Shown piece by piece: positions 60,024-64,000 of a stretch of 64,000 bases of DNA (position 1 is the stretch's first letter; each line of letters opens with the position of its first letter). The translations under genes were made by a program, and so were the position numbers. Source of the DNA: an uncultured Clostridium sp. Its GTDB lineage: Bacteria > Bacillota > Clostridia > UBA1381. The notes beneath the pieces are model-generated. The model worked only from the letters and a program-made list of their open reading frames with translations, searched no databases and was not told where the DNA came from. The stretch lies in assembly GCA_964426905.1 (NCBI GenBank), contig CAYRSG010000001.1, positions 4,786 through 68,785 of the forward strand. The letters are read 5' to 3'.

Positions 60024-60260
60024 ATGAAATTACTTCTTAAAGCGACATATCTATTTTTACTTGGGATTTACGCCGAAACATATAAACGCGGCTTCGACGC
60101 GGCGGTGGACAGACGCGTAAAAAAAGGCGGGAACATCTCCTGCGCCGCTTTGACGCGAAAATCCGACAGGAGCTACGGTCTGTACGTAAAATTCAGAGAA
60201 TACGAGAACGATCTTCGGCATGAGATCGATATAAAAAAGCTCCGCGATAAGACAAAATAA
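60024..60260 (+). CDS. Small basic hypothetical protein (78 aa)
   Basis: GGAG RBS before ATG 60024; the only plausible ORF between nrdD and nifJ; no family recognised. Confidence 0.5.
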   Translation: MKLLLKATYLFLLGIYAETYKRGFDAAVDRRVKKGGNISCAALTRKSDRSYGLYVKFREYENDLRHEIDIKKLRDKTK

Positions 60261-60343
60261 ATTAGCGCGCCGAAACATTTTGCGGCGACGTTTCAGCTTT
60301 TTTGTGCAATTTTATTAAAATTTACCGGACTGACGTTGTAAAA

Positions 60344-60437
60344 AAACCATATCTTTACACTTATATAAAAAAATATGCACAAAACATACAAAATATTGTG
60401 TATATAACTTGATTTTATCGGATAAAAGTGATATTAT
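60344..60437 (+). promoter_or_regulatory. nifJ sigma-A promoter with upstream NrdR-like box pair
   Basis: TTGATT-N17-TATTAT (60409-60437); ATACAAAATATTGTGT (60386-60401) and a weaker box at 60344-60359. Confidence 0.5.
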
Positions 60438-60517
60438 ATATTTATGTATGTAACAAATACACCAAGAAGCGCCTATGCGCTTCCGAAAGACAAACAATAA
60501 GAGGAGGAAAAATTCCG

Positions 60518-63500
60518 ATGGGAAGAAAAATGAAAACCATGGACGGTAACAACGCCGCCGCTTACGCTTCATACGCGTTTACGGACGTCGCTGCTATCTA
60601 TCCTATCACACCATCATCCACAATGGCGGAAGTGACTGACAAATGGTCGGCTGCCGGTCAGAAAAATATTTTCGGTCAGACTGTCAAGGTTGTGGAAATG
60701 CAGTCAGAGGCGGGCGCCGCGGGCGCTGTTCACGGCTCGCTTACGGCGGGCGCGCTTACAACTACTTATACGGCTTCGCAGGGTCTTCTTCTGATGATTC
60801 CTAATATGTATAAGATTGCCGGCGAGCAGCTCCCCTGCGTATTCAACGTATCGGCGAGAGCGCTTGCTTCACATGCGCTTTCAATTTTCGGCGACCACAG
60901 CGACGTTATGGCGTGCCGTCAAACAGGCTTTGCAATGCTCGCTTCAACAAATCCGCAGGAAGCTATGGATCTCGGTGCGGTTGCTCATCTTACGACAATC
61001 AAGGGCAGAATTCCGTTCCTGCACTTCTTCGATGGTTTCAGAACGTCGCACGAGTATCAGAAGGTTGCCTGCTGGGATTACAAGGACCTTGCCGAAATGG
61101 TTGACTGGGACGCTCTTAACGAGTGGAGACATTCGTCTCTCAATCCCGAGCATCCCGCTCAGAGAGGTACGGCGCAGAACGGCGACGTATTCTTCCAGGC
61201 AAGAGAAGCATGCAACGAGGCTTATAACAAGATTCCCGCTATTACTCAGGAATACATGGACAAGGTTAACGAAAAACTCGGCACGGACTATAAGCTCTTT
61301 AACTACTATGGCGCGGCTGACGCTGAGCAGATAATCGTAGCTATGGGCAGCGTCTGCGACACAATCGAGGAAACTGTCGACTACTTAAACGCCAACGGAC
61401 AGAAGGTAGGTCTTGTTAAGGTTCGTCTTTACAGACCGTTCTGCGCTGATAAGCTTATCGAGGCTATCCCGTCAACCGTTAAGAAAATCACGGTTCTTGA
61501 CAGAACAAAGGAGCCGGGCGCTCTGGGCGAGCCGCTTTATCTTGACGTTGTCGCGGCTCTTCAGGAAAGCGACGCATTTAAGAACGTTTCCGTATATGCG
61601 GGTCGTTACGGCTTGGGTTCAAAGGACACAACCCCGGCATGCATAATCGCGGCGTTCAAGAACACAGAAAAGAAACACTTCACAATCGGTATTGTGGATG
61701 ATGTTACAAATCTTTCGCTTGAGCTTGACGAGAATCCCGACACAACTCCCGAGGGTATCACAAGCTGTAAGTTCTGGGGGCTTGGCGCTGACGGTACCGT
61801 AGGCGCGAACAAGAACTCGGTTAAAATTATCGGCGACCACACAGATATGAATGTACAGGCTTATTTCGACTATGACTCAAAGAAGTCGGGCGGTCTTACC
61901 TGCTCGCATCTTCGTTTCGGTCATCCGAAAATTACGTCTACATACCTTATTAATAAAGCTGATTTTGTTGCCTGCCACAAGGCTTCATACATAAGACAGT
62001 ATGATATGGTTTCAGACATTAAGCCGGGCGGCGTATTCCTCTTGAACTGCTCATGGAATGCCGAAGAGCTTGAAAAGCATCTTCCGGGTCAGGTTAAGAA
62101 GTATATCGCCGACAACAATATTCAGTTCTATACAATAGACGGCGTTAAGATTGGTAAGGAAATCGGTCTCGGCAACAGAATCAACACTGTACTGCAGTCG
62201 GCATTCTTTAAGCTGTCGGGTATCCTTCCCGAAGCCGACGCTATTCAATACATGAAGGACGCGGCTACCGCTTCATACTCAAAGAAGGGCGACGCTATCG
62301 TTAAGATGAATCACGACGCTATCGACGCCGGCGCTCAGCAGGTTGTTAAGGTCGACGTTCCCCAAAGCTGGAAGAACGCTGAATACGAGGATATTTCGGT
62401 TAAGCACGAGGGAGACGGCGAGCTTACAAAGTATGTAAACGATATTCTCGTTCCGATAAGCCAGTTCAAGGGCGCTTCGCTGCCTGTTTCGGCATTCTCG
62501 GCTTATCAGACAGGCGAAGTTCCTCTGGGCAGCGCCGCTTACGAAAAGAGAGGCATTGCTATAGATGTTCCGGAGTGGAACAGCGAAACCTGTATCCAGT
62601 GCGGCAACTGTTCATATGTATGTCCGCACGCTTGTATCCGTCCTGTAGTTCTTACCAAGGAAGAGCTTGACAACGCTCCCGAGGGTATCAAGTATAAGAA
62701 CGCTATGCAGCTTGACGGACTCTACTACACAATGGCTGTTTCGGTTCTTGACTGTACAGGATGCGGAAGCTGCGCTAACGTATGTCCTGTTAACAACGCG
62801 GGCAAGAAGGACCCGGCTCTTACGATGAAGCCGCTTGACACTCAGCTTAACGAGCAGGCTAACTTTGATTACGCGGCGGCGCTGGGTGAAAAGCAGGCTG
62901 TTCTTGACAAGTTCCCCGCTACTAAAGTTAAGGGTTCACAGTTCAAGAAGCCGTATCTTGAATTCTCAGGCGCGTGCGCCGGCTGCGGCGAGACGCCGTA
63001 TGCGAAGCTCGTTACACAGCTGTTCGGCGACAGAATGTTTATCGCGAACGCTACAGGCTGTTCTTCAATCTGGGGCGGCTCCGCTCCGTCAACGCCGTAC
63101 TGCGCTGATGAAAAAGGCAACGGTCCCGCATGGGCTAACTCACTGTTTGAGGACAACGCCGAATTCGGTCTCGGCATGTTCATCGCTCAGGATACGCTTA
63201 GAAATACAAATATCGAAAGACTGGAAAGAATTGCGGCTGAAAACGCTGACGTTAAGCCGGCAGTTGATAAATTCATCGAAACAAAGAACGAGGCTGCCGC
63301 TAACAGAGTCGCGACTGATGAACTGCTTGCGGCAATTACAAACATCAATTCGGAAGACGCTAAGAACGTAATTGCCGACAAGGAATATCTCGCTAAGAAG
63401 TCATGCTGGATTTTCGGCGGCGACGGCTGGGCTTATGATATCGGCTTCGGCGGCGTCGACCACGCTATCGCTTCGGGCAGCGACATAAATGTACTCGTAT

Positions 63501-64000
63501 TCGATACAGAGGTTTATTCAAACACAGGAGGTCAGTCGTCAAAGGCTACGCCGACAGGCGCTATAGCTCAGTTTGCCGCGGCGGGTAAGGAAGTTAAGAA
63601 AAAGGATTTGGCCGCTATCGCTATGAGCTACGGCTACGTATATGTCGCTCAGGTTGCTCAGGGCGCCGACCAGCAGCAGCTCCTTAACGCTCTTATCGAA
63701 GCCGAAAGCTACAACGGTCCTTCGCTTGTTATCGCTTACGCTCCGTGTATCAACCACGGTATTAAGGGCGGTATGAAGATTGCGCAGACAGAGGAAAAGA
63801 AGGCTGTTCAGGCAGGCTACTGGCACCTGTTCAGATATGACCCGAGACGCGCTCTTGAAGGCAAGAATCCGTTCCGGCTTGATTCAAAGGCTCCGACAAT
63901 GGATTACGAAGACTTCATCATGGGCGAGGTTCGTTATAATTCACTTGCTCGTTCTAATCCGGAAAGAGCTAAAGAGTTATTCGCTAAGGCTAAGAAGAAC
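60518..64000 (+). CDS. nifJ: Pyruvate:ferredoxin (flavodoxin) oxidoreductase, truncated by the window end
   Basis: Absent from the ORF track (no stop in window). GAGGAGG RBS; MGRKMKTMDGNNAAA..YPITPSS, EMQSEAGAAG, GLGADGTVGANKNS, 2x[4Fe-4S], EFSGACAGCGE, GGDGWAYDIG and DTEVYSNTGGQ. Confidence 0.97.
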   Translation, partial: MGRKMKTMDGNNAAAYASYAFTDVAAIYPITPSSTMAEVTDKWSAAGQKNIFGQTVKVVEMQSEAGAAGAVHGSLTAGALTTTYTASQGLLLMIPNMYKIAGEQLPCVFNVSARALASHALSIFGDHSDVMACRQTGFAMLASTNPQEAMDLGAVAHLTTIKGRIPFLHFFDGFRTSHEYQKVACWDYKDLAEMVDWDALNEWRHSSLNPEHPAQRGTAQNGDVFFQAREACNEAYNKIPAITQEYMDKVNEKLGTDYKLFNYYGAADAEQIIVAMGSVCDTIEETVDYLNANGQKVGLVKVRLYRPFCADKLIEAIPSTVKKITVLDRTKEPGALGEPLYLDVVAALQESDAFKNVSVYAGRYGLGSKDTTPACIIAAFKNTEKKHFTIGIVDDVTNLSLELDENPDTTPEGITSCKFWGLGADGTVGANKNSVKIIGDHTDMNVQAYFDYDSKKSGGLTCSHLRFGHPKITSTYLINKADFVACHKASYIRQYDMVSDIKPGGVFLLNCSWNAEELEKHLPGQVKKYIADNNIQFYTIDGVKIGKEIGLGNRINTVLQSAFFKLSGILPEADAIQYMKDAATASYSKKGDAIVKMNHDAIDAGAQQVVKVDVPQSWKNAEYEDISVKHEGDGELTKYVNDILVPISQFKGASLPVSAFSAYQTGEVPLGSAAYEKRGIAIDVPEWNSETCIQCGNCSYVCPHACIRPVVLTKEELDNAPEGIKYKNAMQLDGLYYTMAVSVLDCTGCGSCANVCPVNNAGKKDPALTMKPLDTQLNEQANFDYAAALGEKQAVLDKFPATKVKGSQFKKPYLEFSGACAGCGETPYAKLVTQLFGDRMFIANATGCSSIWGGSAPSTPYCADEKGNGPAWANSLFEDNAEFGLGMFIAQDTLRNTNIERLERIAAENADVKPAVDKFIETKNEAAANRVATDELLAAITNINSEDAKNVIADKEYLAKKSCWIFGGDGWAYDIGFGGVDHAIASGSDINVLVFDTEVYSNTGGQSSKATPTGAIAQFAAAGKEVKKKDLAAIAMSYGYVYVAQVAQGADQQQLLNALIEAESYNGPSLVIAYAPCINHGIKGGMKIAQTEEKKAVQAGYWHLFRYDPRRALEGKNPFRLDSKAPTMDYEDFIMGEVRYNSLARSNPERAKELFAKAKKN

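Noticed and set aside
59114-60040. 308-aa plus-strand ORF crossing the nrdD start and intergenic region
   Set aside because: Antisense to nrdD and runs through its promoter and NrdR boxes; no RBS or protein-like features.
60024-60260. Spo0E-like phosphatase identity for the small ORF
   Set aside because: Size fits but the SQELD signature is absent.
60816-63826. Several short ORFs listed at the right end of the window
   Set aside because: Out-of-frame or antisense fragments inside nifJ, which the track missed because its stop lies outside the window.

Overview
Chromosomal window from an anaerobic, probably spore-forming Clostridia-class bacterium (inferred from SASP, SLH protein, SigI/RsgI, GSIII, NrdDG and PFOR). 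Most of it is housekeeping: ligA, sbcDC, iorAB, hemW, efp, a polar amino-acid ABC transporter, obgE/tmk/tagA/citrate synthase, a Topo IV-like type IIA topoisomerase pair, gatCAB-aspS, glnA (type III), dut/nrdG/nrdD, a window-truncated nifJ and two tRNAs (Arg-CCG, Gly-GCC). No integrase, transposase, prophage or CRISPR array is visible. The most interesting part is a ~16 kb accessory cell-surface block (9.06-25.4 kb). It holds a VTC (polyphosphate-polymerase-like) / DUF4956 / Cthe_2159-like beta-helix / Gly-Met-rich anchor operon, a two-component system, an SLH-anchored beta-helix protein, a second Cthe_2159-like protein and a SigI/RsgI pair. Two small regulons can be read from the DNA: TTTAAC-N5-TTTAACCT-N8-(-10) in front of the VTC operon and the SLH gene, and TACCCCGA-N16-TACGAAT (sigma-I type) in front of sigI and the large Cthe_2159-like gene. 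Other signals are ANTAR-like hairpin/terminator leaders on gatCAB-aspS and glnA, NrdR-like box pairs at both nrdD and nifJ, and a long hairpin that buries the RBS of a small unknown ORF. Family assignments come from motif recognition only; no database searches were run.
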